A stretch of DNA of 64,000 nt from Bacteriovoracia bacterium (GCA_050246755.1 JBFWVL010000001.1:448001-512000), one strand, 5' to 3'; counted from the first letter of the stretch, positions 49,084 through 59,092 are shown. Translations and numbers: made by a program. The notes: a model not told the origin generated them from the sequence alone.

Positions 49084-49643
49084 GCCAATTTCCCCAAAGC
49101 CCAATCCACGGCCTGATCTAAGTCGTCCGCGACGTGATCGGGCCGTTCTGCTTTGGAGAGGCCGCTGCCCCCGAGCCTAGCCTCTTCCTCGGCACCCTTG
49201 CCGGTGCGCACGAGGATCGAGTAGCGGCAGCCGCCGTTGGCCCCCGCCGCCACGTCGGAAAACCGGTCGCCCACGAAAACCGAGCGTGATAAATCGATGG
49301 CTAATTCTTTTGCCGCCTCTTTCACGAGAAAGCCCTTGGGTTTGCGGCATTCGCAATTTTCTTCCGGGCGGTGCACGCAAATCCTATAGTCATCGATATG
49401 CGCCCCTTCCTGGGCAAGCAGCTCATCGAGCCGCGCATGGATATCGGGCAATTTATTCCCGTCGATAATCCCGCGCCCCACCCCGCTCTGGTTCGTCACC
49501 ACCACCACGAGGTAACCCGCCTCCCGCACGCGGCGGATCGCATCGGCCGAGCCGGGGATCAGCTCGATGAGGGCCGGGTCCTTGATATACACGTGGTCTA
49601 CGTTGATGGTGCCGTCGCGGTCGAGAAAGAAGGCGCCCTTCAC
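49080..49643 (-). CDS. gmhB: D,D-heptose 1,7-bisphosphate phosphatase
   Basis: FLDRDGTIN, VTNQSG, CVH...CECRKP and VGDRFSD motifs. Confidence 0.92.
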   Translation of the reverse strand: MKGAFFLDRDGTINVDHVYIKDPALIELIPGSADAIRRVREAGYLVVVVTNQSGVGRGIIDGNKLPDIHARLDELLAQEGAHIDDYRICVHRPEENCECRKPKGFLVKEAAKELAIDLSRSVFVGDRFSDVAAGANGGCRYSILVRTGKGAEEEARLGGSGLSKAERPDHVADDLDQAVDWALGKLA

Positions 49644-50620
49644 TTGGCCCGCTTTTCTTGGGTCCAGCGCCAGGCCGTGCGCACGATGCTCTCGAGGTCG
49701 TGCATGGGCTTCCAGCCAAAAAGCTTCTCGGCCTTGCGGCTGCCGGCCACGAGGAAGGGAGGGTCACCGGGCCGGCGCGCACCAACCGTGACTGCCAGCT
49801 TCTTTCCCGTCACCTTTTCTACCATTTGCATAACCTGCTTCACCGAGCTGCCGGTTGTGGTACCCAGATTCACGATCTCGCTTTTTCCGCCCCCAAGAAG
49901 ATAATCCATCGCCAGGATATGCGCCGAAGCCAGATCTTCCACGTGGATATAATCGCGCACGCAGGTGCCATCGGCCGTAGGATAATCAGTGCCGAAAACC
50001 TGCACGGGGTAGCCGGCCGGATTCATCGCATGCAGGAGAAGGCGCGGAATGAGATGAGCTTCGGGCTCATGCAATTCCCCCACCTCCCCTTCGGGATCGC
50101 AGCCGGCCGCATTGAAATAGCGGAGCGAGCAGAACTTCAGCCCGTAGGCGCGATCGTAATCCTCCAGCAGCTCCTCGATCATGCGCTTGGTGCGTGCGTA
50201 AACATTGATCGGCGCCAGCGTAAGCTCTTCGGTGATCGGCTTATCGGTGGGGCCGTAGAGGGAACAGGTAGACGAAAAAATGAAAATGGGCTTCTTCTTA
50301 AGGCCGCGAACGGCCTCGAGCAGCTCGAAGGTGCCGCGCACATTGCCCTCGTAGTAGATCGCGGGATTTTCCATGCTCTCGCCTACCAGCGATTTCGCGG
50401 CGAAATGCATTACCGCGTCGGGCTGGAATTTCGCGAAGCAGGCGCTGAGAGCGCTGCGATTCAAGATATCGCCTTCCACGAAAGCGCCAAAGCGCACCAG
50501 GGACTTGAATCCAGTGGATAGATTGTCGAAAACCAAAACTTCGTGGCCGGCCTTCGCGAGGCCTTTCGCGGCCTGAGAGCCCACGTAGCCTGCGCCACCG
50601 GTTACCATTACTTTAGCCAT
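49640..50620 (-). CDS. galE: UDP-glucose 4-epimerase
   Basis: GGAGYVGS, HFAA, YARTK, LRYFNAAG, RDYIHVEDLA and RRPGDP motifs. Confidence 0.95.
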   Translation of the reverse strand: MAKVMVTGGAGYVGSQAAKGLAKAGHEVLVFDNLSTGFKSLVRFGAFVEGDILNRSALSACFAKFQPDAVMHFAAKSLVGESMENPAIYYEGNVRGTFELLEAVRGLKKKPIFIFSSTCSLYGPTDKPITEELTLAPINVYARTKRMIEELLEDYDRAYGLKFCSLRYFNAAGCDPEGEVGELHEPEAHLIPRLLLHAMNPAGYPVQVFGTDYPTADGTCVRDYIHVEDLASAHILAMDYLLGGGKSEIVNLGTTTGSSVKQVMQMVEKVTGKKLAVTVGARRPGDPPFLVAGSRKAEKLFGWKPMHDLESIVRTAWRWTQEKRAK

Positions 50621-50858
50621 TAGAAACTTTTCCCGGGTCGTTCGGTTGCGGAGACTCTTCTTCGCTCACCGCGTGCTTGCGCAGGAGCTTTTTTACTTCT
50701 TCCGAACAGCCGGCGCAACCCGTGGAGGCATAGGTTTCGCGGCGAATGTCCATGAGGCTGGAACAGCCGTTCTGGATGGCCTCGATGATCACGGTGTCGG
50801 ACACATTATAGCAAAAGCATACGATGCGGGGCTTAGTTCCTTTTGCTTTCCTGTTCAT
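50613..50858 (-). CDS. BFD-like [2Fe-2S] binding protein
   Basis: VCFCYNV...TGCAGC pattern; start at ATG 50858. Confidence 0.85.
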   Translation of the reverse strand: MNRKAKGTKPRIVCFCYNVSDTVIIEAIQNGCSSLMDIRRETYASTGCAGCSEEVKKLLRKHAVSEEESPQPNDPGKVSNG

Positions 50859-51045
50859 TTCTAAAAGGATAACTCGGGGATGGCGCGGGAAGCGAGAGAT
50901 GACGCCAGGCAATATCGAAAACGGCCCCAGGAAACAGGGCCTTTCTGCGGCCCTTTACCCGGCAGAAGGTATCGCCGGGAATTTCCACAAAACCCATTTA
51001 GCCGGAACGGCCTTTTTCCGAAATGAAAAAGAGAGGGATCGGCCA

Positions 51046-53451
51046 ATGAAGCCACTAAAAACATTATTCTTTTTCCTGACTCTAACCACCATTTCCCTTC
51101 CCGCTTTCGCGGCGGAATGGGAGTTTTTGGCGACGGACCTGTCGGACGCCGAAAATCATGACTACGCCATCACGGAGCTGAAAAAAACTCCCGACCTGGA
51201 GCAGTCCCTCAAGGCGGCGCTCCTCGATCCCGAGCGCCGCCAGCTTGCCGCCGACGTAATCGTAGCACTGCAGTTAAAAAGCCTGGCCCCGCATCTCGTG
51301 GTGTCCGCTTCGGTGGAGGCGAGCGGAACCCTGTTCGTTTCCCTGCTGGAGCTCGACCCCGAGGGGCGCGAGCCCGCGATTGCCCATGCCTATAAAAACG
51401 CAACCGCGCACTTAGGGCTGGCCCGCCAAGCTCCCGCCACCACGGTGGCATTACTGGATCGTCTGCCGGGAGTGGAAAAAGCGCTCAGTCCGAAAAAAAT
51501 CTCGCGTCTGCTCCAGCACTCCAGCCACGAGGTGAGAATCGCGCTGGCCCGCCGTTTAACCAAACCGGAAAAAGTCAGCAGTAAAATCGTGGCTCAATTG
51601 CTCGCGAGCAAGCCCTACCAAGTGCGCTGGGAAACGATCTCCGCCCTGGCCAGCCGCCCCAACCTGGATAGCGCCACGCTGGCGGCCATGCGTAAGCAGT
51701 GCGCGCTGGAATCGCGGGCCGAGTTCAAGCAAATTTGCTCCCGGCTGGTGAGCGACGCGGGATTCCTGCGCCGTTTCTTATCGAGCGCGGTAAATGCGCT
51801 CGGCATTCCCGAAGCGATGGCCACCCCCCCGATGAAAAGCGCCGGCAAAAAGAAAACGGCCCCAAAGCGGAGAGCCGTGGCCGATGATGAGGACGGCATC
51901 GACGATACATCCACGCTGAAGGCCAACGAAGATAAAATACAGGCAAGGCAGCAGGTGGAATTTTTTTCCCGTCTGCAGACGGCCATCAAAGGCCCGCCGA
52001 AAACCCTGGGCGAAGTATGCTCCGAAGAAAACGGTGATCCGATCCTGCAAGAGTTCTGCTTGAAGCGTTACGCCAGCCTGGACGGGAAACCCGCCATTCG
52101 GTTCGATATTTTTTCCGGCTACCAGAACTTCGGCAATATCGTAAGGGATTCGATCGAGCGCACGGCCTGGATCGAATGGCTGCAGCTGCCCTGCAAAGCG
52201 GGCAATCGGGTTTGCGGCTTCCAGCGCGAGGCCGACGACGCCGATGTTTTGTACAAGGAAATCACGTGGTCGGATGGATCCACGAAGCGGATCGAGTTTC
52301 GCATCTACGATGCCTCCGTCAGCACCAACGATGCGTACAACGAGAAATCGGAAGCCCAGCGCGTGAAAACGGAGCAAGTGAAAAGCCAGTTCGCCGATTC
52401 CCTGCGCAATTCCGACCTGGTGTTCTACATGGGGCATTCGCGCTACGGCGGCGGCCCAGACTTTGGCCCCGAAAAGCGCAAACCGAACCGGAAATGGGAT
52501 ATCGGTTACTATAAAAAGAACCGGCCCGGGCTGAAATTAATGGCCGACGCCATGAAAGAACGCAAAGACGGCAGCCTATTCCTCCTGGGCCTGATGTCTT
52601 GCGATTCCCGCCATCATTTCGAAGCCAACGTGAAGAGTATCGGCGCCGCCGACCGGACCCTCCTCAGCAAGAACTTGGTGGGATCCGATGAAGGCTACGA
52701 CAAGCTCATCGAAGTGGCCGAGGGCGTATTAGCCCAATCCTGCGAGCCGCTCGCGCGAGACGACAAACTATTCGAATTGAAAGTAAAGGCTTCGTTTATC
52801 GAGGTGGGAAAAAAAGCAACCGTAGCTAGCACAGAAGCGGATCGAAAACCCGCTCCCGCGGATACCGCGGTAGCGAGCGCTGCCGAGATCCCCATCTCCA
52901 TGGTAGAAATACCCGTCCCGAAAGTGGCTAAGGCAGAAGAAGCAAGGCCGGTACCAGCCCCTGATCCCGCGGCAATCCCACCGACTCCCGCTAACGGGGA
53001 AAACTCCTTGGTGCGCTTAAAAATGGAGAAAAAGCCGGAGAGATTTTCTTGGCTGAATAATTCCCTGCCGAGAGAGCAAGCACCGCAAGAGGAAGTGCCC
53101 CTTTCCGTAACAGCCGCCGAACCCCCGGAAAAAGTGGTCGCCGTACCGACTGCCGAAGAAATTCAGCGCCTCATCGATAAAGCGGTGAAAGAGCAAGTGG
53201 CCGAAGCCCTGAAAAAAATCGAGGAGGAAAAAAGCGGCACCGCCAATCCTTCTCCCCCCGCCAAGGTGGCTAGGAAATCGGATAATTCCCCGCGCAAAGC
53301 GGGCTGCGTGCAGCGCTATGGAACCGGATTGTTCTACGGCATCCCATTGGGATGCGGAAAAGCCACGCGGGGAACCACCACGCGCCGGCCCAGCGCCCTT
53401 CATCGGAACGGCTGTGTACGAATGCTATCCGGCGCCGTTCTTTGCGCTTAG
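51046..53451 (+). CDS. Large secreted multidomain hypothetical protein (HEAT-like helices, His/Cys-motif domain, Pro/Ala/Glu-rich tail)
   Basis: GAGGG RBS; signal peptide ending AFA; 801-aa open frame. Confidence 0.75.
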   Translation: MKPLKTLFFFLTLTTISLPAFAAEWEFLATDLSDAENHDYAITELKKTPDLEQSLKAALLDPERRQLAADVIVALQLKSLAPHLVVSASVEASGTLFVSLLELDPEGREPAIAHAYKNATAHLGLARQAPATTVALLDRLPGVEKALSPKKISRLLQHSSHEVRIALARRLTKPEKVSSKIVAQLLASKPYQVRWETISALASRPNLDSATLAAMRKQCALESRAEFKQICSRLVSDAGFLRRFLSSAVNALGIPEAMATPPMKSAGKKKTAPKRRAVADDEDGIDDTSTLKANEDKIQARQQVEFFSRLQTAIKGPPKTLGEVCSEENGDPILQEFCLKRYASLDGKPAIRFDIFSGYQNFGNIVRDSIERTAWIEWLQLPCKAGNRVCGFQREADDADVLYKEITWSDGSTKRIEFRIYDASVSTNDAYNEKSEAQRVKTEQVKSQFADSLRNSDLVFYMGHSRYGGGPDFGPEKRKPNRKWDIGYYKKNRPGLKLMADAMKERKDGSLFLLGLMSCDSRHHFEANVKSIGAADRTLLSKNLVGSDEGYDKLIEVAEGVLAQSCEPLARDDKLFELKVKASFIEVGKKATVASTEADRKPAPADTAVASAAEIPISMVEIPVPKVAKAEEARPVPAPDPAAIPPTPANGENSLVRLKMEKKPERFSWLNNSLPREQAPQEEVPLSVTAAEPPEKVVAVPTAEEIQRLIDKAVKEQVAEALKKIEEEKSGTANPSPPAKVARKSDNSPRKAGCVQRYGTGLFYGIPLGCGKATRGTTTRRPSALHRNGCVRMLSGAVLCA

Positions 53452-53553
53452 ACACTAGATTCAGTCCCTTACTCCAGCGCGCGCGACGGAAAACCATGCC
53501 CTTTGGCCCTCGGAATTTCTTTACCGCGCCCCCGAAAAATCCGATACGCCTGT

Positions 53554-54558
53554 ATGATCCGTCCTTTTCTACCATTTTTCCTAGCGCTTCTTTGGCTGGG
53601 TAACGCGCAGGCAGGCACCGAGCTGGCAACGGGAATCTCGGCTATCGATCGACTGAACCGGGCCATCGACGTGGTGAAAGAGGACTGCCCCGAAGTGGTG
53701 GGTCCGGCGGTCGAGCTGGAATGCGCGGAAGCACCCGGACCCGCAAGGGCCGAAGATTCCAAAAATAAAAAATATTTTGAAAGCCTGCTGAAACGCGGTC
53801 AGAAAGCGCCGCTCAGCGCATTTTTGAAACTATGGTATCCTGACGAGCCGGCCATTTCAGACTCCCCCTTTTTTGCTTGCGAGGAAGGCCCTTCAAATAG
53901 CCTCAAGCTAAAGGCGGGCGAGCTGCTTTCCGAAGACTGCAAGCCCGATACCCTTTACAGCTGGGGAACGCTGGCCAAGTTGCGCTCCATCGCCTCCCGG
54001 ATTCCCGACGGCGGCCCCTGGGAAAAAAACGTGAACATCAAGCAACGGTTGATTTACGCCTCCAACTCGGCGGTTTCCACTTTCGGCTACGGCCCCTACC
54101 TCGTGCGCTTCAAGGTTCGCAAAGGGATTCCTTTCATTGGCAATAAGGTGGAAGAGGGAGCAAGCGTGGGAGTGTCGGACCCTTGGCGCGAGTACGACTT
54201 CCGGGAGTCGTCGGCGATTGAAAGCTGGTCTACGGGCACACCCGAAATGTACGACGAAGTGGTGCGTGATATCCTTCGCTACCAGTCCGGCGCGAGGGTG
54301 GAATCCTATACACCTCCCGAAGAATGGCCCAAGCGCATGAAAGGGACAGTTGAAGGGTTGAATCGATTGTATGCGCAGGGAGAAGATGGAAACATTCACG
54401 ACGAAAAGCACTTGAAGGAAGCGCTGCTAACCTTACTGCGACAAATACTGAATAATGAAGGGCGTGTTTCCTACGCCCCGGGAGCCTGCCGCAATCGCGC
54501 CCGGCATTTTTCCACCGATAAGCCGTCCTACATCAATCCCCGCGCTTATAGGAACTAG
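53554..54558 (+). CDS. Secreted hypothetical protein
   Basis: Signal peptide MIRPFLPFFLALLWLGNAQA; 334-aa frame filling the gap. Confidence 0.7.
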   Translation: MIRPFLPFFLALLWLGNAQAGTELATGISAIDRLNRAIDVVKEDCPEVVGPAVELECAEAPGPARAEDSKNKKYFESLLKRGQKAPLSAFLKLWYPDEPAISDSPFFACEEGPSNSLKLKAGELLSEDCKPDTLYSWGTLAKLRSIASRIPDGGPWEKNVNIKQRLIYASNSAVSTFGYGPYLVRFKVRKGIPFIGNKVEEGASVGVSDPWREYDFRESSAIESWSTGTPEMYDEVVRDILRYQSGARVESYTPPEEWPKRMKGTVEGLNRLYAQGEDGNIHDEKHLKEALLTLLRQILNNEGRVSYAPGACRNRARHFSTDKPSYINPRAYRN

Positions 54559-55353
54559 CTAGAGCAGACCCTGCGCCTTCGCCCAGCGGTCGAAGTCCGA
54601 TTCCAGCTGGTCGAAGCTGTCGATCACGAAAAGCTCTTCCTGCATATGCCAAATATCGTAGGGCTTCTGCGCGATCACTTCGATATCGAAGGGTATTTTT
54701 TTCGGCTGCCCCGAGAGGGAATAGAGAACTTCGTCGGGCGAGGAAACGATTCCGGACCCGTAGATACGCAGGCCCTCGGGATTCTCGATCAGGCCGAACT
54801 CCACCGTATACCAATAAATCCGCGGGAGCATTTTCGTGCCGGGATGCCCAAGCTGGAATGCCTTCACGCCGGCCTTGCCGAATTTTTCGAAAAAGGCGGT
54901 GAAGCGGGGATTGATGAGCAAGGGCACGTGCCCGAGCAGATCGTGGAACATGTCGGGCGCAGGCGTATAGCCAAGCTCTTGGCGGGTACGGATGAAATCG
55001 GTGGAAGGAAAGATCTTCTCGGAGAGGAGCTGAAAAAATTCTTTGTCTGGCACGAGGCCATCCACGCGCATGAGCTTCCAGCCAGTATGCTTTTCGATCG
55101 CATCGGATACGAAGGCGAGCGAAGGAATATGATCGTGGGGGAAAGGGATTTGCGCGAGCCCCTCCATAAATTCGTTGCAGGCGCGGCTGGGCAGAACTTT
55201 CTGCTGGTTCTCGATCAGCAGTGCCCAGGTGCCGTGCTCCTCGGCGGTATAATTAGGAACTTCCACGTCGTGGATATCGCGGTAATCGGGAATGCATTCG
55301 TGCATTCCTTGGGGAACTTCTTTACCGCTCGCTTTTACGTCGGCGTAGCTCAT
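54559..55353 (-). CDS. phhA: Phenylalanine 4-monooxygenase
   Basis: YTPAPDMFHDLLGHVP, IYWYTVEFGL and YGSGIVSS motifs; TGATG overlap with the upstream gene. Confidence 0.92.
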   Translation of the reverse strand: MSYADVKASGKEVPQGMHECIPDYRDIHDVEVPNYTAEEHGTWALLIENQQKVLPSRACNEFMEGLAQIPFPHDHIPSLAFVSDAIEKHTGWKLMRVDGLVPDKEFFQLLSEKIFPSTDFIRTRQELGYTPAPDMFHDLLGHVPLLINPRFTAFFEKFGKAGVKAFQLGHPGTKMLPRIYWYTVEFGLIENPEGLRIYGSGIVSSPDEVLYSLSGQPKKIPFDIEVIAQKPYDIWHMQEELFVIDSFDQLESDFDRWAKAQGLL

Positions 55354-56390
55354 CAGCGAATCCATACCACGCTGTAGATACTCTTCAAGTCTTTCGCGCG
55401 CACCCAAACGCCGCCGCTCTCGTAGGTGCGGCGGAAGCGGGCCAAGTAATTCTCGGAGGAGTCGCCGAAGGAATTGCGGATGAAGTAGTAGCATTTCCCT
55501 TCCCGCATTTTCCGGGCGGCGATCACGGAGGCGTGGTCACCGGTGGGATAATCCTTATCGAGTTTCATGATGTCGTTGGTGGAGTAGCCGATCGAAACCA
55601 CTTGGCCGCGATCGAGCTGCTGATCGATTTTTTCGAAGAGCTGGCCGTGCACGTCCACGGCGCTGAAGGTATTGAGAGAATTGAGCCGCTCGAATTCCTT
55701 TAAGGTTTTGGCGAAGCGGAGGGTATCGGGAAGGACCGGCTTGGCGGGCAGCCAATGGCGGCCGCAGCGGAGGTTTACCCAGTTCTGAAAGCTATGCGCA
55801 GCGATCCGGGCCTCTGGCTCCGCCACTTCGCCAATGGGATCGGTACGTTCCCTCTCGGAATACTCACGGCGGGCCAAGCGCCCCTGGTGGTACGCGTTGA
55901 TCGAAGCCAGATATTCGGTATAGGTGGGATCACCCGCGGGAAGTTTGTCCTGATCACAGAGACCGAAAATATTGGCGAGAAAAATCGTCTGCATCTCTTC
56001 GCCGCCGGTCCAGTAGATGCCTTCGTCGCTGAGGATTTTCGCGGCGGTAAAATTTTCGGGCTCATCGTTGCGGTCTTTGCGCCATTCGGCGAGAAATTTG
56101 GGGCGTTCGCGCAAATAATCCAGGATCGCGGGGCTACGCGAATTTAGGATGGGCTCGGGATTCGAAAGAATATAGGAAGTGGCTAGATCCAAGGGAGATA
56201 CGCGGCGGCCGGTGGCGGCGGCAATCAGATCCGCCGAGGAATGGGCGAAGCAATGTCCGGTGATGCCCTGGTCCAGCACTGGGCCTAGCGCCGGGCGAAG
56301 GTCTACTTCTCCACAAGCACCATCCGCCGCGTGGGCCGGTGCCTGAAATGCGAGAAGCGCGATCCCTAGAAAAAGCCGAAATTTCATCAT
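55353..56390 (-). CDS. Secreted papain-like (C1) cysteine peptidase
   Basis: Signal peptide; VDLR...DQGITGHCFA (Gln/Cys), GDHASVI (His) and IRNSFG (Asn). Confidence 0.85.
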   Translation of the reverse strand: MMKFRLFLGIALLAFQAPAHAADGACGEVDLRPALGPVLDQGITGHCFAHSSADLIAAATGRRVSPLDLATSYILSNPEPILNSRSPAILDYLRERPKFLAEWRKDRNDEPENFTAAKILSDEGIYWTGGEEMQTIFLANIFGLCDQDKLPAGDPTYTEYLASINAYHQGRLARREYSERERTDPIGEVAEPEARIAAHSFQNWVNLRCGRHWLPAKPVLPDTLRFAKTLKEFERLNSLNTFSAVDVHGQLFEKIDQQLDRGQVVSIGYSTNDIMKLDKDYPTGDHASVIAARKMREGKCYYFIRNSFGDSSENYLARFRRTYESGGVWVRAKDLKSIYSVVWIR

Positions 56391-56438
56391 CCCCCACAGA
56401 CTACAGAAGGTTTACCAGATCGCCACGAGCATCGCCAC

Positions 56439-58175
56439 TTAGTGCGAAAATCCTGCCTGCAGCGAAATGGCTTTTGCGTATGCGCCGCCCTGCGCCAAAA
56501 GCGTATCGTGAGTGCCTTCCTCCACGATTTCGCCCTTCTCCATCACCAGGATGCGATCGGCTTTGCGAATCGTAGAAAGACGGTGGGCTACCACGATTGC
56601 GGTCCGGCCCACCATGAGCCGATCTAAAGCCGCCTGAACGAGGCGCTCGTTCTCGCTATCGAGGGCCGAGGTGGCCTCGTCGAGCAAAAGAATGGGGGCA
56701 TCTTTGAGGATGGCGCGGGCGATAGAAAGACGCTGGCGCTCGCCTCCGGAAAGCTTTTGGCCCCGGTCTCCGATCACCGTATCGAGGCCTTCGGGAAGGT
56801 GCTCGATATAATTCCAGGCCTGCGCGGCCTCGGCGGCGGCCCGAATCTGGGGATCCGAGATTTGGTGGCGGCCGGCCTTGATATTGGCGCGTACGGTATC
56901 GTGGAATAGGAAAACATCCTGGGTCACGAGGGCTATCTGGTCACGGAGGGATTCGAGCGTGGCGTCGCGTACGTCCATCCCGTCCACCAAAACCCCGCCG
57001 GAAAGAGGATCGAAGAAACGAGGAATCAAGCTGAGCACGGTGCTTTTCCCCGCGCCGCTCGCGCCCACGAGGGCCACGAGCTCGCCTTTTTTGATCTTTA
57101 GCGAAAAACTCTTCAGCACGGGCTGATGCGTGTGCTGGTAGGCGAAGGTAACATCGCGGAATTCGATTTCACGGCTGAAAGCCGGGATTTTTTTCGCGTT
57201 CGGGTGATTCTCCACTTCGGGCTTAAGATCCATGATCGCGAGCACGCTGTCCACCGCGGCCGAGCTTTGGCTCAGTGAAATATTCAGCTCGCTGATGCGC
57301 TTGAGCGGATTCAGCATCGCGCCCCAGCACACGAAGAAGGCCATCACTTCCCCGGGAGTCATGCGTCCGCGGATCGCCTCGTGGCCCGCGTAGTAAACCA
57401 GGAAGGTCATGGCGAGGCCGAATACGAATTCCACCGCCGGCCGGCTGAGCTCTTCCATCCGGATCGCCTTGAGTGAAGTGCGGGCGAAGTCGCGGTTGAT
57501 CTTCATGAACTGCCCGCGCAAATATCCCTCGAGACGGAAGGCCTGCACCACGCGGATGCCGCCCACGCTCTCGGAGAGCAACGCGCTCATTTCGCCGAGG
57601 CTGTTCAGAATACGACTCGTATAGCGCTTCGAGTGCTTGCTGGCATTTCCGATCAGGAGCCCACAAGCGGGAACCATCACCATGGTGATCAAGGTTAGTT
57701 TCCAATTGAGGTGGAAGGCGTAGCCGATCAGGGCGAAAAACGTGAGGGGCTCTTTCACCACGTCGATGATTCCGCTCACGCAGCGGGAGATCACCTGCAC
57801 GTCGTTCGTTACGCGCGAGAGCAGAACCCCGCTCTGGGCCGAGTTGAAATAGCCCATCGAGAGGCGCAGCAGGTGCTGGTAGAGATCGTTGCGCAGCTCC
57901 TGGGTCATGCGGTTGGCGGCGGCACGGATCAAATAGTTATTGAAAAAGCGGACCACGAAATTCAGGAGGAAGGCCAGGGGGATTCCCACCGCGAGCATAT
58001 GCAACGCGTGCGGATCTTTCTTCACGAGCACTTCGTCGTTCAGGAATTGCACGATCAGGGCCGGGCTGAAATTAATCGCCGCCGCGGGAATAGAGAGCAG
58101 AGCCGAAAAAAGGATGGGCCAAAAATGCGGGCGCATATAGGGCCAGAGACGGGTAAATACCGAAAACTTTCTCAT
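56439..58175 (-). CDS. msbA: MsbA-like lipid A export ABC transporter
   Basis: TM domain plus GASGAGKST, LSGGERQR and LLDEATSALD; LPS gene context. Confidence 0.82.
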   Translation of the reverse strand: MRKFSVFTRLWPYMRPHFWPILFSALLSIPAAAINFSPALIVQFLNDEVLVKKDPHALHMLAVGIPLAFLLNFVVRFFNNYLIRAAANRMTQELRNDLYQHLLRLSMGYFNSAQSGVLLSRVTNDVQVISRCVSGIIDVVKEPLTFFALIGYAFHLNWKLTLITMVMVPACGLLIGNASKHSKRYTSRILNSLGEMSALLSESVGGIRVVQAFRLEGYLRGQFMKINRDFARTSLKAIRMEELSRPAVEFVFGLAMTFLVYYAGHEAIRGRMTPGEVMAFFVCWGAMLNPLKRISELNISLSQSSAAVDSVLAIMDLKPEVENHPNAKKIPAFSREIEFRDVTFAYQHTHQPVLKSFSLKIKKGELVALVGASGAGKSTVLSLIPRFFDPLSGGVLVDGMDVRDATLESLRDQIALVTQDVFLFHDTVRANIKAGRHQISDPQIRAAAEAAQAWNYIEHLPEGLDTVIGDRGQKLSGGERQRLSIARAILKDAPILLLDEATSALDSENERLVQAALDRLMVGRTAIVVAHRLSTIRKADRILVMEKGEIVEEGTHDTLLAQGGAYAKAISLQAGFSH

Positions 58176-59005
58176 GAAGCCGCTCCGATGCCACGTTTCG
58201 CTTTCACCCGCTTCGACCGCTTCACTTCCTCGAGCAAATCTTCATTCACGGGCGTGAAAGCCCGCGGCTCGTGCCAGAGGTGAAACTGCAGGCAAAGATT
58301 TTTGGCGCTCTTGATCTTGAGCCCGAGATTCAGGAGACGAAGCTCCACGTCGGTATCTTCGCGGCCGTAACCCTCGTAGCTTTCGTCGAAGCCGTCGATC
58401 TGGAGCATATGTTCGCGGAGAACCGAGAAATTACAGCCCTTGAGGTCCACCACTTTCTCGAGGCCAAAGATTTTGCGGAAGATCGGGGCCTTCACCATAT
58501 AGGAACGGTGAAAAGGCTTGGAACCTTTTTTGCGGAAGGAATCCAGGAAAAGGGCCAGGATTCCGCTAGCCACTCCGTTGAGCATCCCCTTTTCAATCCG
58601 GTGCGGGGTGAGCTTCGCGGTAAACTCCTTGGAAAGATCCACGCGGCGGCCGGCGATATAGTGCTTTCCGTCCTGGAGGGCCACGTGCTGGGCCACGAAA
58701 TCTTTATGGGGCACGCAATCGCCGTCGAGAAAAATCAGGGTCTTGCCCTTGGCCGCCTGGATCGCCCGGTTCAGGATGCGGCTCTTGCGAAAACCTTTGT
58801 TCTCCTGCCAGAAATGCTGGATGGGAAACACGCCGCGCTTCTGGTACTCGGCCACGGTCTGCTTCGTGCGCTCGTCGGAGCCGTCATCCGCGAGCATCAC
58901 TTCGAAATTTTTTTCGGTCTGGGTGAGCAGCCCGCTCAGCACGAGGGCGAGCGCTTCCGGCCATTGGTAGGTGGCGAGGATAATACTGGCGGCCGGGGCA
59001 TTCAT
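58172..59005 (-). CDS. Glycosyltransferase family 2
   Basis: ADDGS, FLDGDC, GCNFS, GFDE.YEGYGRED and HLWH motifs. Confidence 0.92.
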   Translation of the reverse strand: MNAPAASIILATYQWPEALALVLSGLLTQTEKNFEVMLADDGSDERTKQTVAEYQKRGVFPIQHFWQENKGFRKSRILNRAIQAAKGKTLIFLDGDCVPHKDFVAQHVALQDGKHYIAGRRVDLSKEFTAKLTPHRIEKGMLNGVASGILALFLDSFRKKGSKPFHRSYMVKAPIFRKIFGLEKVVDLKGCNFSVLREHMLQIDGFDESYEGYGREDTDVELRLLNLGLKIKSAKNLCLQFHLWHEPRAFTPVNEDLLEEVKRSKRVKAKRGIGAAS

Positions 59006-59059
59006 TCCCCTTTTCTTACCATAGGAGAGCCCTGCTCGGCAGCAAGCTTACGCACAGTA

Positions 59060-59086
59060 ACGCGGCGCTTCTCCGCCGTGAAGTTC
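59060..59086 (+). repeat. 27-bp imperfect direct repeat, left copy
   Basis: ACGCGGCGCTTCTCCGCCGTGAAGTTC; 24/27 identical to 61155-61181. Confidence 0.85.
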
Positions 59087-59092
59087 GTTACG

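Noticed and set aside
50824-51045. 74-aa N-terminal extension of the 875-aa ORF
   Set aside because: The RBS and signal peptide begin at ATG 51046, and the extension overlaps the divergent BFD gene.
55354-55494. N-terminal extension of PhhA
   Set aside because: It overlaps the peptidase gene; the TGATG junction supports a start at 55353.
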